Assembly: GCA_949481375.1 (NCBI GenBank)
Contig: CASYCI010000001.1
Coordinates: 64,001-128,000, forward strand
From: an uncultured Lachnospiraceae bacterium
GTDB taxonomy: Bacteria; Bacillota; Clostridia; Lachnospirales; Lachnospiraceae
Direction: 5' to 3'
DNA length: 64,000 nt
Shown here: piece after piece, positions 1-9,100 of the stretch
Position numbering within the stretch: position 1 is the first letter of the stretch
Layout: each line of letters starts with the position of its first letter
Program-made: the position numbers and the translations under genes
The notes under the pieces: model-generated
The model's database searches: none
Told to the model about the DNA's origin: nothing
What the model saw: the letters and a program-made list of their open reading frames with translations, nothing else

Positions 1-1214
1 TCCAAACCATCAGCTCACTGACAGACAACGCCATCGACCAAATCCAAAACAGAGTAAGCAAATCCAAATTACGGCTGCGTCTGTTCCAGATTATCGTTGA
101 ACTAATGTATATCGCTTCCTTCGCCTACTTAATTTTCCAGATTATAAAAATAGTAAAATTTTCCAGAAAAGAGCTGCTTGAGCCGATTATAAGCGTGTCC
201 GATCAGATGATCCTGCTTTCCGAGGGGAATTTCCATGCAGATTTTGAAATGGAAATCAACGAAAGTGAAGTCGGCAAAATGGTCGGCGCCATTGCCCAAA
301 TGAAAGAAAACATCATTGGCATGATACTTGAAATTTCCGACATCTTAGAACAGATGGGCGACAGCAACTACTGTTTTGAAATGCATCAGGCATACGTCGG
401 GGAATTTGGGCAGATTAGAGAATCTTTCTTAAAAATCAGCGCAAAAATGCGTGAAACCATGGTGACGATACGGGAAGTGTCCCAGCAAATTGACAGCGGC
501 TCAGAACAACTTGCCTGCGCCGCCGTTGATTTAGCAGAAGGAAGCACAGAACAGGCCGGCAAAGTATCCGACTTAGTCAACCTAATGGACGTTCTCTACC
601 AAAGCATGGAAAACAGCGCGCGCGAAGCGACCGCCACTGTAAATCTTGCATCAAGCGCAAGCCAAGTCCTTATTGCCGGAAACGCCAAAATGCAGGAATT
701 AAAAGATGCGATTGGAGAAATCAGCAAATGCTCAGAAGAAATTGGGGAAATCATTGGCGCAATCGAAGCCATTGCTTCTGAAACAAACCTGCTTTCCCTG
801 AATGCATCGATTGAAGCCGCGCGCGCCGGAGAAGCCGGAAGGGGATTTGCCATTGTTGCCGGACAAGTCAAAAATCTTGCCGACGAATCCGCAAAAGCAG
901 CCGGAGAGACAAACAAACTGATCGAACGGACGATTCTTGCCGTTGAAAGAGGCATTGCCATCGCAGATGAAGCAGCCGAAAATATGACGGAAGTTATGAA
1001 AGGCGCAAAACAGGCAACGGAAAAAATGGAGCAGACTTCACAAAACCTTACCAACGACGTCAGCAATATGCAGCGGATCAATGAAAACATCGTCCGCGTT
1101 GCAGAAATCGTAGACAACAACTCTGCAACCTCAGAAGAAACAGCCGCCGTCAGCGAAGAACAGAAAGCCCAAGTAGAATCGATGGTAAGCCTTGTAGACA
1201 AATTTAATATATAA
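1..1214 (+). CDS. methyl-accepting chemotaxis protein, 5'-truncated by window edge (TM helix, HAMP, MCP signalling domain)
   Basis: Frame 3 is open from the window start with no stop before the first ATG at 105. Translation shows a hydrophobic helix and HAMP-like linker, then the conserved MCP signalling core ([34 protein letters not shown]). Confidence 0.85.
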   Translation, partial: QTISSLTDNAIDQIQNRVSKSKLRLRLFQIIVELMYIASFAYLIFQIIKIVKFSRKELLEPIISVSDQMILLSEGNFHADFEMEINESEVGKMVGAIAQMKENIIGMILEISDILEQMGDSNYCFEMHQAYVGEFGQIRESFLKISAKMRETMVTIREVSQQIDSGSEQLACAAVDLAEGSTEQAGKVSDLVNLMDVLYQSMENSAREATATVNLASSASQVLIAGNAKMQELKDAIGEISKCSEEIGEIIGAIEAIASETNLLSLNASIEAARAGEAGRGFAIVAGQVKNLADESAKAAGETNKLIERTILAVERGIAIADEAAENMTEVMKGAKQATEKMEQTSQNLTNDVSNMQRINENIVRVAEIVDNNSATSEETAAVSEEQKAQVESMVSLVDKFNI

Positions 1215-1260
1215 TGTTACTATTAGGAGACAGCAAATATAACATTTATAGGAGGTTATT

Positions 1261-2601
1261 ATGGATTACGCAAAAGAATATGAGCAGAAACTTGTAAGCG
1301 CAGAAGAAGCAGTAAAAGTCATTAAATCCGGCGACTGGGTCGATTACGGCTGGTGTAACGCAACCGTAGACGCTTTGGACAAAGCATTAGCTAAACGGAC
1401 GGACGAGCTGAAAGACATTAACCTAAGGGGCGGTATTCTCCTAAAGACGCCCGCCGTTTTTGAACGGGAAGATTCAGGAGAGCATTTTACATGGAACTCA
1501 TGGCATATGTCCGGCATTGAACGTAAATTAATTGCCCGCGGCTGCGCATATTATGCGCCAATCCGATATTCCGAACTGCCGCGTTACTACCGTGAATCAG
1601 ACACGCCTGACGACGTAGCGATGTTTCAGGTTTCTCCAATGGATGCGCATGGATATTTCAATTTCGGGCCAAACGCTTCCCATATGATGGCGGTATGCGA
1701 AACCTCTAAAAAAATCATTGTTGAGGTCAACCAAAATATGCCGCGCTGTCTTGGCGGTTTTGAAAACAGCGTCCATATTTCAGACGTTGACTTTATTGTC
1801 GAAGGGGAAAACCCGCCTATCGGAGAATTAGGTTCAGGCGGCGCGCCAACCGACGTCGATATTGCAGTTGCAAAATTAATCGTAGAAGAAATTCCAAACG
1901 GCGCATGTTTACAGCTTGGCATTGGCGGCATGCCAAATACAGTCGGCTCTATGATTGCAGAATCCGATTTAAAAGACCTCGGCGTTCACACGGAAATGTA
2001 CGTTGACGCTTTTGTCGACATTGCAAAAGCCGGAAAAATTAATGGGTCAAAGAAAAATATCGATCGTTTCCGCCAAGCCTTTGCATTTGGATGCGGAACG
2101 AAAAAAATGTACGACTATATAGACGACAACCCGGAACTCCTCAGCGCCCCAGTAAGCTATACAAATGACATACGCTCCATTTCCGCTTTGGATAACTTTA
2201 TTTCCATTAACAACGCAGTGGATTTGGATTTATTTGGCCAGATCAATGCCGAGTCGGCCGGAACGAAACATATCAGCGGAGCAGGCGGGCAGCTTGATTT
2301 TGTGCTGGGAGCTTATCTTTCCAATGGCGGGAAAAGCTTCATCTGCTGTTCTTCTTCCTTTAAAACCAAAGACGGGCAGTTAAAATCCCGTATTTTACCT
2401 ACGTTAAATCCCGGATCGATTGTAACGGACACACGCGCAAACGTCCATTACATTGTAACGGAATACGGAAAAGTCAATTTAAAAGGACTTTCCGCATGGC
2501 AGCGCGCAGAAGCCTTAATTTCGATTGCGCATCCTGATTTCCGCGATGAATTAATTACAGAAGCGGAGAAATTAAAGATTTGGCGCAGGAGCAATAAATA
2601 A
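1261..2601 (+). CDS. acetyl-CoA hydrolase/transferase family protein, butyryl-CoA:acetate CoA-transferase-like (4-hydroxybutyrate CoA-transferase family)
   Basis: 446 aa. RBS GGAGG 8 nt upstream of the ATG. N-terminus [27 protein letters not shown] and overall length are typical of But/Cat-type CoA-transferases of butyrate-producing Clostridia. Confidence 0.8.
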   Translation: MDYAKEYEQKLVSAEEAVKVIKSGDWVDYGWCNATVDALDKALAKRTDELKDINLRGGILLKTPAVFEREDSGEHFTWNSWHMSGIERKLIARGCAYYAPIRYSELPRYYRESDTPDDVAMFQVSPMDAHGYFNFGPNASHMMAVCETSKKIIVEVNQNMPRCLGGFENSVHISDVDFIVEGENPPIGELGSGGAPTDVDIAVAKLIVEEIPNGACLQLGIGGMPNTVGSMIAESDLKDLGVHTEMYVDAFVDIAKAGKINGSKKNIDRFRQAFAFGCGTKKMYDYIDDNPELLSAPVSYTNDIRSISALDNFISINNAVDLDLFGQINAESAGTKHISGAGGQLDFVLGAYLSNGGKSFICCSSSFKTKDGQLKSRILPTLNPGSIVTDTRANVHYIVTEYGKVNLKGLSAWQRAEALISIAHPDFRDELITEAEKLKIWRRSNK

Positions 2602-2786
2602 ACCCTGTTTTTCAATCCAAAAACGCAATCTTTTATCATAAACCTCTATTCCATTCAGAACCGCCGCTCTTTGAAACGCAGAATCTGAACTGGAACAGGG
2701 GTTTTTCTTTCTGTACTCCAAATTCCAAGACTTCCAAAGACTGCATACAGTAAAAAATGAAAAATAGTAAAATTTTTTATTTTGTT

Positions 2787-2816
2787 TGAAACTTTTCCGT
2801 TACGCCTTACGTCTAA
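2787..2816 (+). promoter_or_regulatory. ECF-type promoter TGAAAC-N17-CGTCTAA upstream of the ECF sigma gene (probably autoregulated)
   Basis: TGAAAC at 2787-2792, 17-nt spacer, CGTC at 2810-2813. This matches the sigV/sigW-class -35/-10 consensus and sits about 35 nt before the sigma start. Confidence 0.5.
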
Positions 2817-2849
2817 TTATTAGAAAACGAAAAACAGGAGGCGAAAAAC

Positions 2850-3377
2850 TTGAAACGATTATCAAGGCAAAAGACGAAAGAAAAAGCGGTGGAAACGCTT
2901 CTTCTTACAAACTACAATCAGTATTACCGTTTGGCATACAGTTATGTCCACAATGAAAATGACGCTTACGACATTGTCCAAAACGCCGCTTATAAAGCAA
3001 TTAAAAACAGCGGCTCATTAAAACAGGAAAATTTTGCGTCTACTTGGCTGTACCGTATCGTCATAAATGAAATTTTTACATATTGCAGACAGCAAAAAAC
3101 ACTTTCATTAGAAGATGCTAAAGAAACTTATGCGGAAGATTCCTACGAAGACCTTGACTTAAAGCGGGCGCTGGAACATTTACCCGAAAATGACCGCATG
3201 ATTGTAGAATTAAAATATTTTGAGGATATGAAACTAGAGGAAATCGCAGACATTCTAGAAGAAAACATCAATACCGTAAAAAGCCGTCTTTACCGAAGCC
3301 TAAAGAAATTAAAGGTGATGATTGAAGGAGAATGGATATATACAGAAAGCACAAATCAGGAGGTTCTCAATGCGTAA
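2850..3377 (+). CDS. ECF (sigma-70 family) RNA polymerase sigma factor, SigV-like
   Basis: 175 aa. Region 2 (YDIVQNAAYKAIKN) and region 4 (DRMIVELKYFEDMKLEEIADILEENINTVKSRLYRSLKKL) motifs. TTG start 8 nt after AGGAGG. The 3' end overlaps the downstream anti-sigma start by 8 nt. Confidence 0.85.
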   Translation: MKRLSRQKTKEKAVETLLLTNYNQYYRLAYSYVHNENDAYDIVQNAAYKAIKNSGSLKQENFASTWLYRIVINEIFTYCRQQKTLSLEDAKETYAEDSYEDLDLKRALEHLPENDRMIVELKYFEDMKLEEIADILEENINTVKSRLYRSLKKLKVMIEGEWIYTESTNQEVLNA

Positions 3378-4278
3378 TAGGAAAGAAGAATTGAATCAAA
3401 TGAAACAGGATTACCAAAAACCAAATATGTCACCGGAACAAATTAAAAATCTGAAAGCCACGATTGAAAAAGCAAAAAAAAGCAACCGCAAAGTATTTAA
3501 AACGATTGCGGCCGCCGCCGCGTCAGTTGTTCTACTGCTTACCGTCCTGCCAAACGCCTCCGGCGATCTTGCCTATGCGATGAGCCGGATTCCAATTCTT
3601 TCGAAATGGGTCGAGGTAGTGACCTTTCGGGATTACAAGTACGAAAGCGAGCGAAATAACGCCGACATTCAAGTGCCGGAAATTGTTCCCCAGATTCCGA
3701 CAGAAACAGCCAACGGGACGGAACAAACTGATGCCGCGCAGAAAAAAGTCCAGAAAACTGCGGAAGAAATCAATGCGGAGATCAAAACGATTACGGATCA
3801 GCTAATTAAAGAATTTAAGGAATTTGCCGAAGATCAAGAAGGGTACCAAGACGTTCATGTAGACTCCGAGGTCATTGCCACTACAGAACAGTATTTCACT
3901 TTAAAACTGAACTGCTACCAAGCTTCCGGAAGCGGCGCGGAATGGAATTATTTTTACACGATTGACTTAGAAACAGGGGAACGCTTAAAGTTAAGCGGCT
4001 TATTTACAGAAGACAGCGACTATATTACGGCAATCAGTGAAAATATCAAACAGCAGATGAAAGAGCAGATGGCTAAAGATGAAAATTTATTCTATTGGGT
4101 CGATAACAAAGATATGCCGGAATTAAATTTTGAAAAAATTACGGACGAAACACAGTTTTACCTCAATAATAACGGGGAAGTTGTTATCTGCTTTAACGAA
4201 GGCGATGTAGCTCCGATGTATATGGGATGCAGAGAATTTGTGATTCCTAATGATGTATTAAAAGCAATTCGGAAATAA
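3370..4278 (+). CDS. membrane anti-sigma factor, RsiV-like (DUF4163/DUF3298 extracellular domain)
   Basis: ATG at 3370 overlaps the sigma stop (ATGCGTAA). Single TM (TIAAAAASVVLLLTVLP). C-terminal domain with the YFTLKLNCYQASGSGAEWNYFYTIDLETGERL pattern typical of RsiV/PdaC-type DUF3298 domains. Confidence 0.7.
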   Translation: MRNRKEELNQMKQDYQKPNMSPEQIKNLKATIEKAKKSNRKVFKTIAAAAASVVLLLTVLPNASGDLAYAMSRIPILSKWVEVVTFRDYKYESERNNADIQVPEIVPQIPTETANGTEQTDAAQKKVQKTAEEINAEIKTITDQLIKEFKEFAEDQEGYQDVHVDSEVIATTEQYFTLKLNCYQASGSGAEWNYFYTIDLETGERLKLSGLFTEDSDYITAISENIKQQMKEQMAKDENLFYWVDNKDMPELNFEKITDETQFYLNNNGEVVICFNEGDVAPMYMGCREFVIPNDVLKAIRK

Positions 4279-4305
4279 CGCGCAAAAACCAAATCCATAG
4301 ATCTT

Positions 4306-4370
4306 AAAAACGCCGCTTATCGTCATAGAGCCCGCTCCATCGGGCGAACAGATATAAGCGGCGTTTCTTT
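4306..4370. terminator. nested bidirectional hairpin terminator between convergent genes
   Basis: AAAAACGCCGCTTAT...ATAAGCGGCGTTT outer stem with inner GCCCGC/GCGGGC hairpin, flanked by an A-run and T-run. Confidence 0.5.
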
Positions 4371-4384
4371 AAAAACAGCCAGAT

Positions 4385-5353
4385 TTAATTCCCAATCTCT
4401 TTTTCCCCTGAAATAATATCAATAATCCTTTGAATCTCCACGCCTTCCACGGGAGCTTCCCCATACTCAATATGTTTTCCATCTTTCCCAACGCCGCAAA
4501 GATTCCGCTCGTCCTTCCCGCGGCCGCGTTCAATCGTAAAATAATGAATTTCCCCGGACTTCGGGTTTAATGTCACATAAACACGATAACACAACTGCGC
4601 CGCTTCACGGACCGGCGGCAAGTCCACCCGCACCAACAATAATTCCTCACTGATATTCAAAGCCATCACAGAAAAACTGCTTTCCTCAAAAGGATACAAT
4701 TCCTGCTTCTGAAACGATTTCGAATATATCTCATTTACAACCGCTTCTTTCTCATCACTCAGACGCTGGATAAACTGCGCCCCTTCCCGAAAAGCCAAAG
4801 CCGGAAACTCATGCAGCTCCGCCCTCTGACGCATCATAATCTGAAATTGCTTCGGAGACATCTGGATTTGATTCACGCCTTTTTTCGATTCTTCTTCCGC
4901 TTTCTTAATCGCTTCTAACAGCGGTTTTTTAAATAAAAGGTTGTCCGTAAATGGATTTACGGCAATCCCCTCCACCTCCAGCCTTTCATCTAAAGCAAAC
5001 GAACAACATGCCCCAAACGGCATATTCATCAATAAGTCAAACTTCGGCTCCTTTGGAACCTGCTCTTTTGAAGAATAGACCGGAAAAAATTTCCCCCCAT
5101 TCTGATTCGTCAAAATCGCCGGCATAGGCGCCGTCCCTTTCGGCAGATTAATTTTTACCCCCGGATTTTCCTTCACCTTCTGTTTAATCTCATTAATCTC
5201 CGGCGTGTCCGGAAGCATAGCCGGAATCAAAAACACCGTCTTTTTCATCTGATGCACTAATGCCTGAAGATTCTCCTGAGCTGAATCTTCTTTATAATAC
5301 TGAATTAACTGCTCTGTTTTTTCTACTTCTTTACTGTTCATACCTTTCTCCAT
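4385..5353 (-). CDS. hypothetical protein (possibly SseB-family)
   Basis: 322-aa ORF with a clean start. No recognisable catalytic motifs; the weak resemblance to SseB N/C domains comes from memory only. Confidence 0.55.
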   Translation of the reverse strand: MEKGMNSKEVEKTEQLIQYYKEDSAQENLQALVHQMKKTVFLIPAMLPDTPEINEIKQKVKENPGVKINLPKGTAPMPAILTNQNGGKFFPVYSSKEQVPKEPKFDLLMNMPFGACCSFALDERLEVEGIAVNPFTDNLLFKKPLLEAIKKAEEESKKGVNQIQMSPKQFQIMMRQRAELHEFPALAFREGAQFIQRLSDEKEAVVNEIYSKSFQKQELYPFEESSFSVMALNISEELLLVRVDLPPVREAAQLCYRVYVTLNPKSGEIHYFTIERGRGKDERNLCGVGKDGKHIEYGEAPVEGVEIQRIIDIISGEKEIGN

Positions 5354-5581
5354 ATCTATCCGTTTTTCTTTTTTACAATATATTTATTATAGCATGTATC
5401 CTATCTTCCGTCACTCCTTATTTTTTTCATATTAAAAAATATTTTAAACATCTTTACAATTCAATTCCACACAACACAAGTTACAAATTCCAGCCGTTTA
5501 TTCAGCAAGCCGACCCAAAGATTTTCCAGTCATATTTTCCCTATTTCCTTCACAAACTAATGTCGAAAGGAGGAATTAAAC

Positions 5582-5878
5582 ATGAACTTAGAAGAAAATA
5601 CCGGCATTTCTTTTGCCGCAAACACATTAGATGAAATTCCCACACCTTCCGCAGATGCAAAAGAAATTATCGGCCTTGTGAAAAAAGGCGGAAAAATCAC
5701 CGGATACCAGTTATCAGATAACCGCATTGTGGATAAGCAGGAAGGCGTTGCCCTTGCCAAAGCAGGCGGCATTTCCGGCGTCGGCATTGCGCACCGGAAA
5801 GACACGGAATATTTAAAATCCATTCCCGACGGAACTGACGACAACAACCTGAGCCATCTGCCAACCGTAAAAGCATAA
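5582..5878 (+). CDS. small hypothetical protein (DUF3892-like)
   Basis: 98 aa. RBS GGAGG upstream. The C-terminal YLKSIPDGTDDNNLSHLP resembles the DUF3892 signature. Confidence 0.55.
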   Translation: MNLEENTGISFAANTLDEIPTPSADAKEIIGLVKKGGKITGYQLSDNRIVDKQEGVALAKAGGISGVGIAHRKDTEYLKSIPDGTDDNNLSHLPTVKA

Positions 5879-5940
5879 TATAATTTACATTCCCACTTTT
5901 TACCGTTTTTTTGTATACTTTATAAATAGAGCCTTAATTT

Positions 5941-6159
5941 ACAAAAACAGAACCAATGATTGTAATATAATTTTTTACAAATACATCGGTTCTGTTTTTT
6001 ATGATAATTTTCTACAAACTCATCAATTCTGTTTTTATGATAATTTCCTACAGATTCTTCGATTCTGTTTTTTATGATAATTTTCTACAAACTCATCAAT
6101 TCTGTTTTTCATGATAATTTCCTACAAATTCTTCGATTCTGTTTTTTATATTATTATCC
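5941..6159. repeat. tandem direct repeats, 36-37 bp x5 with alternating A/B variants, preceded by an inverted partial copy
   Basis: Units start at 5977, 6014, 6050, 6087 and 6123: TACAAA(Y)TCATCRRTTCTGTTTTT(T)ATGATAATTTYC. 5941-5960 is an inverted copy of the CGGTTCTGTTTTT core. The array lies in the convergent intergenic gap between the DUF3892 gene and the RND gene. Confidence 0.9.
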
Positions 6160-6186
6160 TTCAATCCCACGATATGCGAATGGAAC

Positions 6187-9100
6187 CTAGTTCCCACGCT
6201 CCATCTGTTCAATAAATTCCGCGGCGTCGTCCGGCGCATCGTCCATAGAATCGTCCCCAACGTCTACGACGATTACTTCTTTGCGGTAAAGAATATCGTA
6301 CATCACCGGAACGATAAACATCGTCATAAACGTTGCATAGAACAAGCCGCCCGCTACGACAAGCGCCATTCCCCTGCCAAGCTCACTTGCCGTATCTTGG
6401 CTGAACACCATTGCAAGCATGGCCAGAATAGTCGTAAACGCCGTCATTAAAATGGGACGCATACGCGTTTTCCCAGTCGCTGCCAGAGCATCTTTTCGCT
6501 CCATTCCTCCTATGCGAAGCTGGTTCGTATAATCCACAAACACAATCCCGTTATTTACAACCGTCCCCATCAGCACCAAAAATCCCATCAGCGTAATTAA
6601 AGACATCTGCTCGCCCGTAAACAGCATAGCAAGCAGCCCGCCCGTAAATGCCAGCGGAACCGTAAAAATAACGATAAATGGAGACAGAAGGCTTTGAAAC
6701 TGCGCCACCATGACAAGATAAATCAGAAGGAAGCCTAAAAGCAGAAGCTTTGACATCTGGTTCATCATATCATTTGTATTTGACGTTTCCCCGCCAAATT
6801 CTACGCTATAGCCTTCCGGCAATTCATACTCTGCCAGCAGTTCTTCCACTTCCCTTGACAAAATCGTAGTATTGTACCCCTCTTTTGTCTCCGCAGTCAC
6901 GCTCATCTGCCTTTGTCCGTTTGCGCGGTTTATCCCCGCTACGCTGTTACCATACTCCAGCGTCGCAAATTCACTCAGCTTGTGCGTTTCCGTCACAGTT
7001 TTGCCATCGTCGTCCGTCTTCTGCGTTTCAAATTCCATATCCATCAGGTTTTCTTTCGTCAGCAGATTCGTTTCATCGACTATTTTCACGTCCATGTCAG
7101 TGTCGTCTACTGTCAGCGTAACCGCCGTTTTATCCGTTGTCAGCCTGTCAGAAATATCTCCATAAATCTGCGCTCCCGTCAAACCAAGCCGCATAGATGC
7201 ATCTTTATCAATATTCAGATGAATTTCCTCGTCCGCTTCCTCCTGCCCATTGCTGATATTAGAAAAACCTTCCACACCCTCCAACATCTCCATAATTTCT
7301 TCACTTACCAACAGCAGTTGATCCAAATCCGAACCGCCTATGTCAAGCTGAAGGCCGCTGCCAAGCATTTGATCCATTTCACCCATCATAGAATTTGACA
7401 CTGCCACTTCGCACTCAAACTCTTTCGTATGTTCTAAAATCGCATCGCAAATGCCCTCCACCTGAGATTTGCTGTTATATTCCTCCGCGGGAAGAACAAA
7501 ATACGAAAAATTACTGAAATTATCCGAAGAACCGCCCGTCATGCCGCCCATTAATCCGGCAGAACTGCTGCCGTCCATGGCTCCTACATATCCAACTCCC
7601 TCAATCCCAAGAATCGCTTCCATCACATCGTCTGCTTTTTGATAAGCCGTTTCTTTCGTGTCTTCTTCCGGGATCGTCACCGTTACGGAAATCTGGTCGC
7701 TACCCATATCCGGGATTAACACGATCCCCATTTTCATAACCGCGGCAATGCAAATCGCCAAAAGCCCGACAGAAATTCCAAGCGGAACAATTTTAAATCT
7801 CAGGCAAAACTTAAGCGCCGCCGCATAGCCTTCCTGAATCTTATCAAAAATACGATGCTGTTTCGGTTTCGCCTTCCGAAGCATTGCCGCCCCCATCGTA
7901 GGCACTACTGTCAGCGCAACAGCTAAGGAAGCCGTCAGGGCAAACGTAATCGTCAAAGCAAACGGCAACAGCAAATCCCTCACCATGCCCGTCGTAAACA
8001 CCATCGGGAAAAATACGCAAATCGTCGTAAGCGTTGACGCTATAATCGCCCCAGCCACCTGTTTTGCCCCTTGAACGGCAGAACGGGGAGAACTTAAGCC
8101 CCGATACCGCAGACGGTAAATATTTTCTATTACAACAATGGAGTTATCCACCAGCATACCTACTGCCAAAGAAAGCCCTGACAGGGACATCATGTTGATG
8201 GAAATGCCTGCAAAATACATAATGACGATTGCCGTCAAAACGCTGAACGGGATACTAAACGCAACGACGATCGTTGGGCGTATATCCATCAAAAAGACTG
8301 CCAAAATGAAAATCGCAAGCAGCGCCCCAATCACCATGCTGGACACAATGCTTTGAATCAGCATAGAAATATATTCCCCCTGATTCACTAACGGCGTAAT
8401 GTTCAATTTTGGGTAGTCCTCTTTTAATTCCTCTATTGCGTTTAAACAGGCTTCTGAAACATCGCTTGTGCCCGCCGTACTGCCTTTAAAAATAGATAGA
8501 ATCACTCCGGCGTCCTGATTGACCTTCGCATATGTTTCTCCGGCATTGTCAATCGTCGTAATATCCGCAACGTCATTCAAATGAACGTCCCCAATGCCGT
8601 CTATCTCACAGAGCGTCATTTTTTCTAATTCTTCCGCCGAAGTATAATTTTCCCCTACTTTTAAAAGCCATTGTTTCTCATTTTCATCGTCGATATATCC
8701 TGCCGGCATAGAAAAATTTTGCGCATAGATCATGCCAGAAAGCGCTTCTAACGTCAACATTTGATTGATATTCGCATTTTTCCTCGCTTCCGCAACAGAA
8801 TCCTGATACGTCTTATTGGCATTTTCCAATTCTTCCTGCGCTTCTTCCATTGCCGTCTTTGCCGCGGCAATCTGCGCGCCGCCGGAACCAAACCCCGCCG
8901 CCGCAGATATTTTGCCTTGTTCCGCCTGCTTATACGCCTCGTCAATGGACGCCATCTGGGTTTCCACCTGCTTTAAGACTTCTTCCGCTACTTTAATCTC
9001 TACCTCCAGATTCGCCAGCTCCGTCTCTATTTGCGGAAGGCGGACGTTTACAATGTCATAAAGCTGTTTTAATGTTTTTTTGTCTAGTTCCTTTGCCTGA

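Noticed and set aside
1215-1260. Operator-like imperfect palindrome ATGTTACTATT-N12-AAATATAACAT before the CoA-transferase gene
   Set aside because: It is AT-rich, imperfect, and overlaps the RBS region. There is insufficient evidence for a specific regulator site.
2602-2720. Terminator or riboswitch-like element after the CoA-transferase gene (CCCTGTT ... AACAGGGGTTTTTC)
   Set aside because: The complementary 7-mers are separated by ~85 nt with no supporting inner structure. It is probably just a weak terminator, and I could not define it confidently.
5941-6159. CRISPR array
   Set aside because: The repeats are contiguous (36-37 bp units with no unique spacers) and alternate between two variants. 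No cas genes are in the window.
5582-6186. Complete type III toxin-antitoxin (ToxIN-like) locus
   Set aside because: The period and copy number fit ToxI, but there is no ToxN/AbiQ-like endoribonuclease ORF in the correct orientation on either side. It is kept only as an orphan-array hypothesis.
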